From NCBI GenBank assembly GCA_051294375.1, contig CM119265.1:22456636-22520635 (forward strand): a DNA stretch of 64,000 nt, in the 5' to 3' direction. The notes under the pieces are model-generated. The model was not told the DNA's origin. It saw nothing but the letters and a program-made list of their open reading frames with translations, and did not search any database. Positions 43,732 through 57,186 of this stretch are shown here, piece after piece. The DNA comes from Paraspadella gotoi. Lineage: Eukaryota > Animalia > Chaetognatha. The position numbers and the translations under genes were made by a program. Each line of letters opens with the position of its first letter. Positions within the stretch are counted from its first letter, which is position 1.

Positions 43732-45796
43732 ATTCGAAAACAACCGCCGCCCAGGCAATATCCACCGCGCAGCGCCCTCTCTTCTCAGAAAACGAAGAGA
43801 AGAGAAAAACACAATAACTTTTTTGTTTATTTTCACTTGGCAGAAATGATTAAATTGAAGATATTGCCAGCGATTGTCAACTAGTTCTACCCGTTTTTTT
43901 GTTGTTTTTTTTCATAATCCTTCATAACAAAAGTAAACTGTGCGACGATAGGCCTCATTGGAAATTGAGGCGATTTGAATGCAACGTCGATAGAAATGTT
44001 CTTTATTTTTTCTTCATCCATTTGTTTTGTTTACGTGAGATGTGATGAGCCTTGGGAAGGACGGATTGACAAAGGGAACCGATGAAGAGAGGGTCGGAGG
44101 TCAAAAGGTCAACCGGTTGCTCCTATTTTTTTTTTTTTTTTTTTTACGCTCGGGAACGATTTTTACGCCATCCGAGTCTGGGGAACAAACAAAGTTTTTT
44201 TTCCCAACAAAATTTTAGGAGGAAAATGGGGGAAAAAATCCCCTATAATTGGTTACTAACTACATGTATAATTCGTCCTATGTTTGTAACTTGTACATAA
44301 TTTTACGCGCAGTATTTGTAATATAATCAATCCGCTTTTATTTATTGATTGAAACGTTCGCGTCTCTAACCGAACGTGGAGATTTCCTTGCATATTGCAT
44401 ATTTTTTAATTAATTAATTTATAATTATTGTTTAATATCGCGATACCTCAGATAACGCGAGCTCAGAGTCCAAAAAGCATACGTAAATGTTTGATATGTT
44501 AATAATGTATATCATCTTAGTTCAAAGCTTTTCGTTCGATTATTTAATTTACAAAATTCTTCGTCGTTTCTCATATCCATTTAACTTCCATGATTTAATT
44601 CGGATTGATTTACGTAACCGATTTAGTTTGATCGCATTCAGCTTAATTTTATTTCTGATATTCGCTTTTTCGTTCACTGTTGCTCACTCTTTCAACGTTT
44701 GCCATTTAACAAATATGTAAAAATCGTGCCTTTCGTGCAAAATGCTTTGTCATCACCGACCTTTCGGATCAGATTGAATAAACAATGTTTATTAAACATG
44801 TTTATTAAACATTGATCTTCACTGATAACATTATAGTTATTGTATTTTTAGTACTAAATCCATCTTTTATCGAATCGAGAGGTCGAATTGATTTTATTCC
44901 AAGGAAGTCTTCGTTAAAACGAATGACTTATCTTTCCAGGCACTTTAATTTTTTGGGATCAAATAAATAAAAGTTGCTGAATCAGTCATTATAATTATTC
45001 AAATCTTATTCTCGAGATAATATCAGGAAAAGTAAATAAATCAAAACAAAATTCTATTTAAATAAAAAACAAAAGAATAAAAATCCTAGTTGAAGACGTC
45101 AATCAATTTGAATGAGGTAGATCTCGAGCCAACCCAAAGAGTCCGAAGCCAAGTTTAGTTTTTTTTTTTCTCGAGTTGTTTTTCAAGAGAGACATTAGCG
45201 ATTAACGACAGGCAGAATTAACTTCATACCGACGCAGCATCGAAAGGTCATACGATCGAAATTCGGCGATTTAAAGGTCAGCAAAATTAAATGTTCGTTA
45301 CTTTAAAAGTCCAACGTTCTATTTTGCTTGCGTTGATTCCATCTTGCAACGTTGCAATGCAAATTGAATCTTTTTTCGAAGGGGGAGGTGGAGCAGCGAG
45401 ATTTTTCAAGTGCACTAAGATTTTAAAGAAGGAAGTTGGTCGGGCGAAATAAGATGAGGAGAATAAGGTTTTAATTTGAGGGACAATTTGAATAATATTC
45501 GTTTTCTGCCTCCTTTTTTTTTTGGTCTTTCTCTTTTTATATTTTTTTTTCTGTTTCTCTCTCATTTCTGATTCTCTTTCGAATTCTCTTACTATTTCAG
45601 GGACTCTCCCCTTCTGTATTGGCATCTATAATAATGATATTTCTTTTAGCACATGTAACTTGTAAAAAAAATTTACAAACATCATTATCTACATACTTTC
45701 TTTTTTGTCTCTCTTCTAATCTCTTTTTTCGTTTTTATTCTTGCCCCCCTACTTCATCACAGCCCCCAGGATTCCCTCTGATAATTCCTCTCTCTG

Positions 45797-45909
<113 letters not shown>

Positions 45910-46682
45910 ACAAAGAGAGAGACGCGAGAGGGCGACGCCAAAGTCGTCCGAGTTTCGCGGCTTCGAACTCAGAGCCGACGCAACGAGTCTTCACAGCCGC
46001 GAGACTTCAAGATTTCAAGACTTGTAGACTTCCCGACATCGGAACTTTGCATAAGACTGCGAAACTTTCCGTCACCGAGACCTTCCGACTTTGAGACTGT
46101 GAGTTTGAGAGTTGATAATTTGTTATTTTAATACTTTGGGAGTTCGATATATCAAAATTAACAAAATTTTATACTAATTGACTTGCAACGGTGCTAACAC
46201 TTTGACTTCGTGAGAGAATAAATTATTTCTCAACTTAGTGATGAAGATAACCCAAACCTCCAAAGGTCCCGATCCTGATCGAGGGAATAATTCAAACAAG
46301 CGTCCATTCAAAGTTTCGGGTTCTTGATAAACTTTGCAACGATGACACCAAATGTTTTTCATCTTCGTTCATCGAAACTTCGCAACTTCAATCGGAAAAG
46401 TTTCGCTCTCTGTTTAAAATCCCGTCCAATGTCTCTCGATCTCGTGTCGCGTTTTTTTTCCCCCAGATCTTTTTTAAAACAGGAGAGAGAGAGAGAGAGG
46501 AAAAAAAATGAAAGTGAAAAATCGCTCACTCTCGTCTGTGGATGGAATTTAGTCGAGAAAAATTTGTCTTTACAAAAAAAGGGGCAAATTAATTACTTTT
46601 TTTTTTACACGACGAAGGCACCGAAGGTGTTTTGTAAAATATGAAAAGAAAAGCGAAAAAGAAGAATTGGACCCGGAATCTG

Positions 46683-46764
<82 letters not shown>

Positions 46765-46852
46765 AGAGGCTGAATGTTTTATTTCAAACGCTTTAAAAGG
46801 AAGAAACTTTTTTTACTTCATTCAACTTAAGATCATCGAGATTTTTTTTTCC

Positions 46853-47680
46853 ATGAAAACGCGCCTCGATTTCAATTTCAAATCAGAGTCTAAAATCGTG
46901 ATATCGACACCGGCGATGCCGCGACCCACCCCGGCGCCGCCATCGGCACCTCCCCAACACCGCGGTCTCCTCTCCCTCGGCGTCCTCGATCCCAAAAACC
47001 TTCTCAAGGCCATAGATCTCCTGGAACGAGAAGCGGAGCGCAGCGCCAAGATGGACGCCCGCCGGAGGGCGTTCAACTACGTCCGCGGCGAACAGGCGCG
47101 ACGAAAAGCGGCGTCGAGAGCGTCGATGAACGGGTGGGGCGCCAGGGACGACGCCGGACTTCATCAGCGGCATCGTCGTAAGGCGGAGTCGGTGGTCGCC
47201 GTCTCCGCTGGCGAGGACCAGAGAAATCGCCGCGCCGAATCTCGGGATTCTATCGACGCCGCCTCGACGTCGGTAATTGGCGGCGACGCCTCTCGCGCCG
47301 CGCGCAACCAACCCGGCGCGCCAAAACGTCCAATTTCGACGCCGTTTCCTGCCACACCGTTGACGCCGCTGTCGAGATTCGACTCCGGGAACGATGATAA
47401 AAAATGTCGTTTCGTTGAAAAACCGAGAGCGCCGCTGACTCCGCCGTTGCGCGCCGCGAAGGTCTTGGGAGCGTGCCGCGTGGGCCAGTCGAAACGCGGC
47501 GCTGTTCATAAAAGAGGAGGCCGACCCCCTGGGACCTCTCAGGCCTCCAGGTCAGGCAGGCCTGCTAGGCCCGCGGCCTGGGTCGCGGTTCTCCTCCTTT
47601 TCCTCGGACTCTTCCTCTCCCTCGCTGGCGCCGTCCTTACAGTCGTCATCGAAGTGGACAAGAGCGACGAACTCACCTCT

Positions 47681-47711
<31 letters not shown>

Positions 47712-48034
47712 TAAAGAGACTCGGCCCTTTGGCCCTTACCCTGGGCGTCCTCGCGGCTGCGGCAGGATTTTGCGTCTTGTGCTACGTTCATCGGAGGCAT
47801 CGGCGAGTGTTGAGGATGAAAGGTGAGGTCAGGGTAAGGGTAAGGTGTGGATGAATTATTAAAAGTTAAAAGGGAATACCTTGAAATGTAAGTCAGGGGT
47901 GTGGGGATGAATTACCTCAAAGGTAAGTGCCTCCAATGTGGGAGGAAGATAAGGAGCGGAGGCGGAAAGGGAGAAACGAGAGTCGAAGGAAATATTTTAG
48001 AAGGGTACGAGTTCCCACCTCGTATTTCTTTTTT

Positions 48035-48072
<38 letters not shown>

Positions 48073-49524
48073 TTCTCTCTCTCTCTTTCTATACTTCCCT
48101 CTCACTCTTTCTCTCGCTCTCTCATTCTCTTCTCTCTCTTTCTTTCTCTCTCCTTGGTTTTCTGACTTCAGTTTCTCTCTCTCTTCATCCGCTCTCTCCT
48201 TTCGCGAAATTAAGAAATACGCCCGGAAATTCAATAAGATGCGCTGCAAGTTCGTTTTCTCTCCGGGGAAAAAATAAAACAAAATTTATTCTGAAATTAA
48301 CCAAGATGATAATTATCACTATGATAATAGAATGAATATTTTCTATCTTCATATTTCCGATTTACTTCAGCTTGATCTGGACGTGAATGAGATAAAACAA
48401 AGGAACAATATCGAATGCCCAGGGATAATCCTATCTAAAAATATTAACCGGATTACTAGAATCATATGACCGTCTTAAATATAGTTTTTATATTTACTGG
48501 TTTAATTATCATTACTCCTTCATATCGTACTAATTTTATGCCAACATTAAGAGAAAAAAAAAGTTCAAAGAGACGCCCTCTCTCCTTAGCGCTTCATCGA
48601 AAAAGCCCAGGGGCGCTCCTCCCGGGAGAAGCGCGCAGAAGTACTCTCGAAAGAATTACGGCGCTAATAAACGACGCCGCGTCGCCGTGCGCCCTCTCTT
48701 GTGGGCGTCTGGAATGAGAAACTCTCTAGGAGAGGCGTATTTTGTTTATTCTCCGAGCTTTTTTTTTCCTTTCGAGATGCACCTGAGATAGAAAGGAAGC
48801 AGAAGAGAAATTTGTTTGATGTATTCTCTCTGTGAAAATTATTCCTTGTTTAGACTATATGTTGCTTGTTTAAAAACTCGCTGAAAATTATAGTATAGTG
48901 ACGTAGTATCACTACCTTTGGATACGGCTGTTCCGTCCATCAGTGGTGTAATAGCACATCTCCGAACTATTAGACCTGAACTGAACGGTGCTAGCAAAGG
49001 AATGACGGACCGGTTCAACCACCGGTAGAAATCCTAACGCCGAATCTAAAGTAAGAAACTGACGACGAAACCTATCAGACATACTGGGCACTGGGCAGTG
49101 GGCACATGTGCTATCTATGGATAACTAAATCGCCAAAGGAACACATTTTCTCACTTCAATCTGTAGCAGATTAATTTAGTTATAGAGAATGAATAATGAT
49201 CAAATGAGTGACACTGCTTTACAAATGAGACAAGTCACGAGTAAGGAGTTTAGAGGTCATATCGGGTTACCGTGAATTCGGTTACGTTCTTTTGTTACAG
49301 AAACGGCGCCGCGTACGTCTACTCGACGAAAAAGCGGCGTCGTCAAGGCCATCGTCGTTGGCGTGGCCTCGCGCGGCGACTCGAACGATGGCATGGCGCC
49401 CACCCGGACGACGGCGCCGCCGCGGACTTCCTGCGGCGCCGGACACACCAAAGGAATTCAACGCCAACTGTCATCGTTTGACGTCGCAAAACTCGATCCA
49501 ATCAGCGGACGAATGCGAGACTGA
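46853..49524 (+). CDS. Uncharacterised two-transmembrane protein (~397 aa) with a long disordered N-terminus
   Basis: GC-rich open exon 46853 (or 46916) to 47822 encodes two hydrophobic helices (AWVAVLLLFLGLFLSLAGAVLTVVI; LGPLALTLGVLAAAAGFCVLCYV) followed by HRRHRR. A phase-1 donor at 47822 joins in frame to the acceptor at 49301, with a stop at 49524. Start codon and family are uncertain. Confidence 0.7.
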
Positions 49525-50755
49525 CGTCGAAAAAAAAATAACTAACGAATCAGAGTCATTCGAATTTCTTACCTGTTTTTTTGAAAAACTATTCATGAGC
49601 GACAAAATAGATTACATTATTTGCGTCGGAGTAACTGAGATAATATAATTTATAACTGTCATTTGCGTTGTTGAATCGATATAACTTTATGTTTTCTCTG
49701 TTCGTTGCAATAATCACTTATTAATTGATAATTAATTGATCCCTTCAGAGACGTTCTTTTTCGATGACCCCTTATCATTACATTATTTTATACATTATAA
49801 TATTAATTTTGTGTCTTTGATCTAACATGAGCATAAAATCGTGATCTTTTAAAAAGAATCCAAATTTTCGTGACACGTAACTAAAACACTAAAGCTCCCT
49901 CGATCGCTCAACACTCAATTTTTCCATATTTTCATAGAAATAACTTTTGACAAAGAGTCAAGATATAAAGTGGTTCGCAGAAGAGCAGGATAAATTATGG
50001 ATATGATTTAATTTATGAATGCATATGAAAATCGATAAATAAACGAAAATCGCTCTCAGTGTTTTGCGGCTTGTAAAAACTGTTTGTTTTTTGTTACAAT
50101 TCACTTAGTCGGTTTGTAGGTTGTCAATCACTTAGTTTAACAAATTACAAAATTACGAAAAAAAATTATGTTTTTATGCCCCCTTAGCTTTAAACTCTAA
50201 TAAATCAAGTTATCATTTTTTTTCTATCAAAATATGCTTCAATCTGTTAATAAAACAAAACAAAATTGTAAAACTTTTTGTATGGGAATTCGATAATTAA
50301 ATGATTAGCTAAATTATCGTAGGCAGATCCGACATTGTTCAAACTTGTTTTTAAGTTTAACCATTTACTTCTCGAATCGAAATTGAGAGAGCCATAAAAA
50401 AGTTCTTGCTTCTTGACAAAAACTTGCTCACCCGACGACCAACGCCTCGAACTCGCGACCCAGAGATCATTAAAAAATAGCCAAACATTTTCTACTTAAA
50501 AAGTTTATTTTAAAACACAAACATTTTCCGCTCAATAAACCAAGAAACCATAAATCGAAACAATAACATTCCATTTTTGTTTTTCAACGAAAGCGGTTCA
50601 TTTGTGAAAGTTTATCTCACTTTGAGTCCAATTAGCTGACGTCACCACAAAAGTCGTTCTTCAATTAAAGTCTCCCTCTTCTTTTTCTACGAAGGTATTT
50701 ATTTATTGTCTTTCACGTTGAGTTTCACATTGTTTCCAGAGTATACGTCTCTGGT

Positions 50756-50787
<32 letters not shown>

Positions 50788-50943
50788 CGTCGTCTTCGAG
50801 AATGGAGACGAGTATTTGAAATATTTTTTTTCAATATCAATATGATTATTTTTATTCTTTCGGCGGTGCAACAGTTTTTTTGTTTTTTTTTTGGTTTTTA
50901 TTTGTTTTTTGTTTTTTTTTTGGTTTTTTGTTTTTTGTTTTTC

Positions 50944-51667
50944 GTCGGATCTGCTTTCACTTTGTCGGTCCGTCGGTCCGCCCCCTCAATCTTGTCGGGC
51001 ATTCACTTATATCATGTCCAAGAACACTCGAATTTATGATTAATTATGCAAAAAAAACGATGTGCGTCCGTCTGTCTGTCCGTTCGTCCGTCCGTCCGTC
51101 CGTCCGTCCGTCCCCAACCTTTAGCAAAAAACACCAATTACTCGTGATTGGATGGAAGGATTGGAATGAAATTTTGTGTGTGGTAGGGAAGTGTGTGATT
51201 GAGCTGGATATGAAGTTTCGATGGAATCGTCCGAGTGGAAATGAGTTTAAATGGAAAAAACAAAAAATATATTTCACTATTTGAACACCAATTACTCATG
51301 AGTGGATGGGGCGATTGACTTGAAATTTTGTATTTGGGTAGAAAATTGTGTGATTAAACTGGAAATCAAATTTCGATGGAATCGTTTGGGTGGAAATGAG
51401 TTTAAATGGAAAAAACAAAGAACCTGTTTCACTAATTGATTATGCTTCTTTTTCTTTTTATTTTAATCAATAATTAATTAATCAGTTAATTAATTATAAA
51501 AACAAACATTTTGGATCAAATTAATTGCATAATTGCATAATTAATTAAATAATTAACTTGAATAAATTAATTATTACTTAATCAAATAATTAATTAATTA
51601 TTTATTAATTAATTAATTACCGATAATGATCGTGGGCAGATCCGACATTGTTTGCTCAAACTTGTTT
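50944..51667 (+). mobile_element. HINE/DINE-1-like element, copy 1
   Basis: Subterminal inverted repeats GTCGGATCTGC (50944) and GCAGATCCGAC (51636), (GTCC)n microsatellites, an internal tandem duplication, a 3' tail ending CAAACTTGTT, and T-rich flanks. Isolated 3' ends occur at ~50320-50350 and ~51913-51948. Confidence 0.8.
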
Positions 51668-51980
51668 AAATAATTAAGGTCATCGTTTATACTTTATAGC
51701 AATAATAGAGATAACGTTTTTAACAAGCCTAAAACATCATCAAAAATGTATTTCAAATGATTATGATAATGATATCTGTCCATCCAGCCGTCCATCCCTC
51801 CGGCCGGATATCCATCCATTCATCTTATGTCTTACAATCGCATTATGAAGCAATAATAAATGTTAAAATTTAAAATTACTTATCATCTGATTAGCGTTTA
51901 ACCAAATTATTTAGGGAAGATCGGACATTGTTTGGTCAGACTTGTTTAAATCTCTGCCCTTCGGCGTCATCTGCGTCCTT

Positions 51981-52017
<37 letters not shown>

Positions 52018-52536
52018 GTTGCGCGAAATCAAGTGAAAGCGAAAGACGAATTCGTGTCGAAGTCAAACACAAACAAAAGATCTAGGGAAAAAGTAAAGAC
52101 GAGGAGATTTGACCAAAATTAGTTCTGATAGTTTTAGAAATAAAATCCATAAAAATTGATACCCTTTCTTCACGAATAAGAGCCGCTATTTGTTTAATTT
52201 TAGCCTTAAGTGAATCGCTAATACTCAGTCTCAGTCTAATTCACTCGACGCATCACAAGCAGCTGCTCTTTCTTTCTGTCTTTTGAGTTTTGATCCAACT
52301 TCTTTTAAAAACTATTCGTCCAGACTTGTTATATCGGTTAAAAATAACAAGCACGACACGTGTTAAAAAATTTAAAATTTTAAAATACTAAAAAAAATAA
52401 ACTTTTTTGCAAGTCCCCACTAATTGAAACATGAAGACTCTTTCGTATTTAATTATCATCTGTAAACAGACATAGCTAAATTGAAAACGCCATTTAAAGC
52501 TAACTGCAAAACAATTATGGATTATAATTTATTTTA

Positions 52537-52770
52537 TTAGCGAAAAAGGTTTGAATTTTGTTTTTACAACGAATTTATTTCAGTTTAAAAACAAACATTT
52601 TTCGGCTTTTAGATTTCAAGCCTTCATCCTTTGTTACTGTTATATACTGTCATATATAATCGGCGTTAACAGTAAAAAACAGTAACAGTAACAAAGAATG
52701 AAGGATTGAAATCTAAAAGCCGAAACATGTCCCTTTTTAAACTAAAATAAATTCAAACCTTTTTCGCTAA
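52537..52770. repeat. Inverted repeat whose arms each carry a degenerate minimal hammerhead-ribozyme motif
   Basis: Arms ~52537-52652 and ~52680-52770. The combined arm sequence reads GATGA-A-GGCTT-gaaatctaa-AAGCC-GAAA-CATG-TC, lacking the CT of the CTGANGA box. Confidence 0.6.
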
Positions 52771-53063
52771 TTCAATACGCAACAAAAAGAAAGGATTATT
52801 ACAAATTTAGTTTATAAAACTTAACGGTTCTTTCGATTAAGCGATATAACAAACGATAAAAAAAAAAAGCAACAACAAAAAGATAAGGAAATGAAAACAA
52901 AAGCATCTGATAACGAGGCAGAATTCCAAGGGCGAATTTGAGAGACAAAAGAAAAAAAATGTCAATATTATCGAGAAATTATTTACAGAGAAACGGATGG
53001 GCGAGGCTGGCGTATTTTTCGATATGAAAAAGATAAATCGGTTTAAATATAATATAATTATAT

Positions 53064-53972
53064 AACAAGTTTGAGCAAACAATGTCGGATCTTCCCACGA
53101 TCATTATCTGTATTAATTAATTAATACAAACTATAAAAACTAAAATAATAATTTAATTAATTAATTAATTAATTTGATCTGAAATGTTTGTTTTCAGGTC
53201 TTTTCGTTACTGACCAGTGACTACGACAAAATCAATGACGATGATGATGGCGAAGACGACTTGATTGACTGATTAATTGATTAAATAATTAATTAATTTA
53301 TAAATAAATTAATTAATTGAATAATTAATTAATAGATAACTAAATAAATTTTTTTATTTAATCGATTAATTGATCGATTAATTAATTATTAATTAATTAA
53401 TTGTTTAATTGATTAATTAACTGATTAATTATTTGATTAATTAAAACATCTTGCATTTACATTTAATATATAAAGAAAAAGAAGCATAATCAATTATTGA
53501 AACAGCATTTTTGTTTTTTCCATTTAAACTCATTTCCACTCAAACGATTCAAGTCAATCGCCCCGTCCACTTATGAGTAATTGGCGTTCAAATAGTGAAA
53601 TATTTTTTTTTTTGTTTTTTCCATTTAAACTTATTTCCACTCGCACGATTCCATTGAAACTTTATATTCAACTCAATCACACACTTCCCTACCCACACAC
53701 AAAATTTCATTTCAATCCATCCATCCAATCACGAGTAATTGGAGTTTTTTTACTAAGGTGGGACGAACGGACGGATAGACAGACAGACAGACGGACGAAC
53801 GGACGGACGAACAGACATCGTTTTTTTTTTTTTTTTTTTGCATAATTTATCATAATTGGATATTCTAACATGATATATGGGAATGCCCGACAAGATTGAG
53901 GGGGCGGACCGACGGACCGACGGACCGACAAAGTGAATTATAGAGTCGGGACCTGCTGAAAGCAGATCCGAC
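53064..53972 (-). mobile_element. HINE/DINE-1-like element, copy 2 (inverted relative to copy 1)
   Basis: Reverse-complement homologue of 50944-51667. It keeps the 5' hairpin AGTCGGATCTGC-TTTCA-GCAGGTCCCGACT followed by CTATAATTCAC and (GTCC)n. Confidence 0.82.
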
Positions 53973-54763
53973 TAAAAACAGATGTCGCTTCCTTTCACTG
54001 TTATTAGTTTTAAATTTGGGAGTAGCGGCCGTAAAAAAAATGAATAAAACTAAAAAGGCTAAAACTGCTGCGAATTTTATTATTTTTCTCGAGACCCGAA
54101 AATCCTCTTGAGACGAAAACAAAATAAGGAAGAGAAAGAAATGAGAAAAAAAAAGAGAGAAATCTATCAAAAAAGGGGGGGGGAAAATTTATCAGTTTGT
54201 TTCTTTTTTAAAAGCTGAGACTCAAAAGGATTCGAGTATTTTTTCGATTAAAATTTTTGAACTTTCCTAACAAAAGCACGGAGAAAAAAATCTTCACAGA
54301 AGATACGCTAAATATTTGCGGATTTTATATTTACGAGGGTTACAAGCAAATAATTTTAAATTATAACACCTTGGTATAATCATTAAAAATTTTATTTCAA
54401 TAATCTCTTTCTTTACTTATAATCAAATGTAAAAGAAATCGTTTTTTTTCATTCTATAAGTTTACTGCTGAACAGGTAAGCACTTTCCTCTCTGTATCAT
54501 TTCGCCTTTTTAGCTATAATTATTATTTATTATTATCATTATTTATTAACTTATGACTTTTATTAGTTTGTCCTTTTCATATTTTTGTTCTGGAATCTAT
54601 TTCCTCATTTTTAAACGCATCCTCGCATCTGCATAATAATTACTGAAAGACCCTTCATGTATAGATTGTTTGAACTTTCTACCCTTTCTCCTTCCCTCAC
54701 TTATTCTTCGCGAACTGCAGAGAGGTAAGGATTTTTATTCGGCCGTCTTATCGATTTTAGTTC

Positions 54764-54812
<49 letters not shown>

Positions 54813-55063
54813 TCTCCCTTCTCTTGTTTTTATTGATCTTCGCATCGTCAGAAAAGAAAGAAACGTTGAAAGGGAATCAGGGGCTGATGGTTTCTGGAGA
54901 CGAAGTTTTAAATGAACGTAATTGAAAGTGTTCATTGTTCAACTATGTTCAACTATGGGCGTTCGTTAGGAGTGGTTTTTTTTTTCAACGATAGCATAGT
55001 TGAAATGATGATGAAATCGATCATCAATTGATTTCGAAACCGAGTGAATTTATTCAGACAAAT

Positions 55064-55550
55064 TGGACTCTAGTTTCCACTCTAGTCTAGAGTGGAATAG
55101 ATGAAAGAGGTGGTTCGAGAAGCTCAATGGATTAGTGTCTCCACTGGAGACTCTCCACTGGAGTCTAGTTTCCACTCTAGTCTAGAGTGGAATAGATGAA
55201 AGAGGTGGTGCGAGAGGCTCAATGGATTAGCGTCTCCATTGGAGACTCTCCACTGGAGTCTAGTTTCCACTCTAGTCTAGAGTGGAATAGATGAAAGAGG
55301 TGGTGCGAGAGGCTCAATGGATTAGCATCTCCACTGGAGACTCTCCACTGGAGTCTAGTTTCCACTCTAGTCTAGAGTGGAATAGATGAAAGAGATGGTG
55401 CGAGAGGCTCAATGGATTAGCGTTCCATTGGAGACTCTCCACTGGAGTCTAGTTTCCACTCTAGTCTAGAGTGGAATAGATGAAAGAGGTGGTGCGAGAG
55501 GCTCAATGGATTAGCGTCTCCACTGGAGAATCTCAACTGGAGTCTCCAGT
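55064..55550. repeat. 95-bp tandem satellite, about 5 near-identical copies, with internal palindromes
   Basis: The TAGTTTCCAC register falls at 55071, 55166, 55261, 55356 and 55450. Each unit contains TTCCACTCTAG-T-CTAGAGTGGAA, GTCTCCA-C-TGGAGAC (with variants) and CTCCA-C-TGGAG. Confidence 0.97.
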
Positions 55551-57140
55551 CTCCACCCGTTATGAAACACGCGAATATTCATCGAAAGCTGGTGAATAAT
55601 CTCTCCCTCTCTCTCTCTCTTTCGATTTCCGGTGTCATTTCCCGATTTCCGTCGCAGTTTTAAACAAGCGGCTTGAAAAACAATTCAAACTAAGAGAAAC
55701 ATTTCGACTTTTCATTTAAAAACAAAAACCGCTGCAGTGACTTCGTTATGTGAAGAGTTTTCCAGATGATCACCTGACTACAAATATAAAGCATACATGC
55801 ACAAATTGCACAAAATTTTCTTATGGTTTCTTACGTATCTGTAGTGAAATAAATATTGTTTACTGTTATTACTTTATTACCATTATTATTTTGCAGACTT
55901 ATGTACGAATGTTTTATTTGTTTTTTGTACTGAATCAACCTTGTTGCATTCGAATAAAAACGCTTATATTAACTAAAAAACTAATAGCATTGACATTTTA
56001 ATTTTGATATTTATTTGTTATTATCAATTTTTCAATAATCTTAATCAATCGTTTTTATATCATATTTTTATATACATTTAAAGACCACTAGGAATCCCAC
56101 GATATATTTTCGCCCTTAACAATCCTCATCCGTTATCATTAATCCAGGATCCTATTGATCCTAATCTCATTGATCCTAATCTCATCCCCCAACGATCTTT
56201 ATCCACGTTCATCCATCCTCATCGATCCTCATTCCCTCTTCCCTCCTCGTAGTCGACCAAACGAACTTTCAAGGTCTTTAAAAAAAATTTTTTTTGGCGG
56301 ACTAATCATTTTTCAAATATGACTTTTTTTTTTCAAATATTTAAACTTCGATGTCGTCTTTTTCAAGCAATAAGCTCAAAAATTAATTTAAACGTAGGAT
56401 TCGGTCGAAGCTGTCCCAATTTTTTTCAAGATACGACGAGTATTGTTCGGATTGTGTAAACAGTTTAAACGCCACTTAAACGTGACCTAAAATCAATGTT
56501 TCTTCGAAAAAGCCGAGCTGCGAAAATTCTCTCAGAAATCCGACCCCGCATTCTCGACGGCGACAAACCATAAAAATAACAAACGACAGTTTCTTTCCTC
56601 TCTATTTGCCCTTTCTCCGCTCGCTCTCTTTTCCTTAACTTACTTTTCTTTTCACACCTGATCTATTTACGACCTTCCGACCCAAGGATGAGACTGGCGC
56701 TGTTTTTTCCCTTCGGCTTCCCGTCGCCTCCCGGGGTCTCCGCTTCTTACGTCACTGTCGCCTTGACTCAGATTTTGACCGAAGATCGACGATTGCGGAG
56801 AAAGAACCTCCAGTCTCCACCCTTTTTGAATAAATAGGGAAAAGAAAAGAAAAATAATAAATAATAAAAATGGAAAAAATAGCCTTTAATAAGTAAATCA
56901 ACTTAAACTCACCATTAAGACTAAATTACACTACCATAAAAAACAGTAAATAGAAAATTGAAATTTAATTTTAAACAAAATTCTGACTGTCTTTAATAAC
57001 TACTTAGGGTGCGATATAACATCTCTAAAAACTTTTTTGTTTTGTTAAATGGATGACTAAAGAAAATGTTTGTGAATATAAATGTCATCCGCCGGTTTTT
57101 TGTTTTTTTTAGACAGAGAGAGAGAGAGAAAGAGAAAGAG

Positions 57141-57186
<46 letters not shown>

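Noticed and set aside
55064-55550. CRISPR array
   Set aside because: The sequences between palindromes are near-identical rather than unique spacers, there are no cas genes, and the context is eukaryotic.
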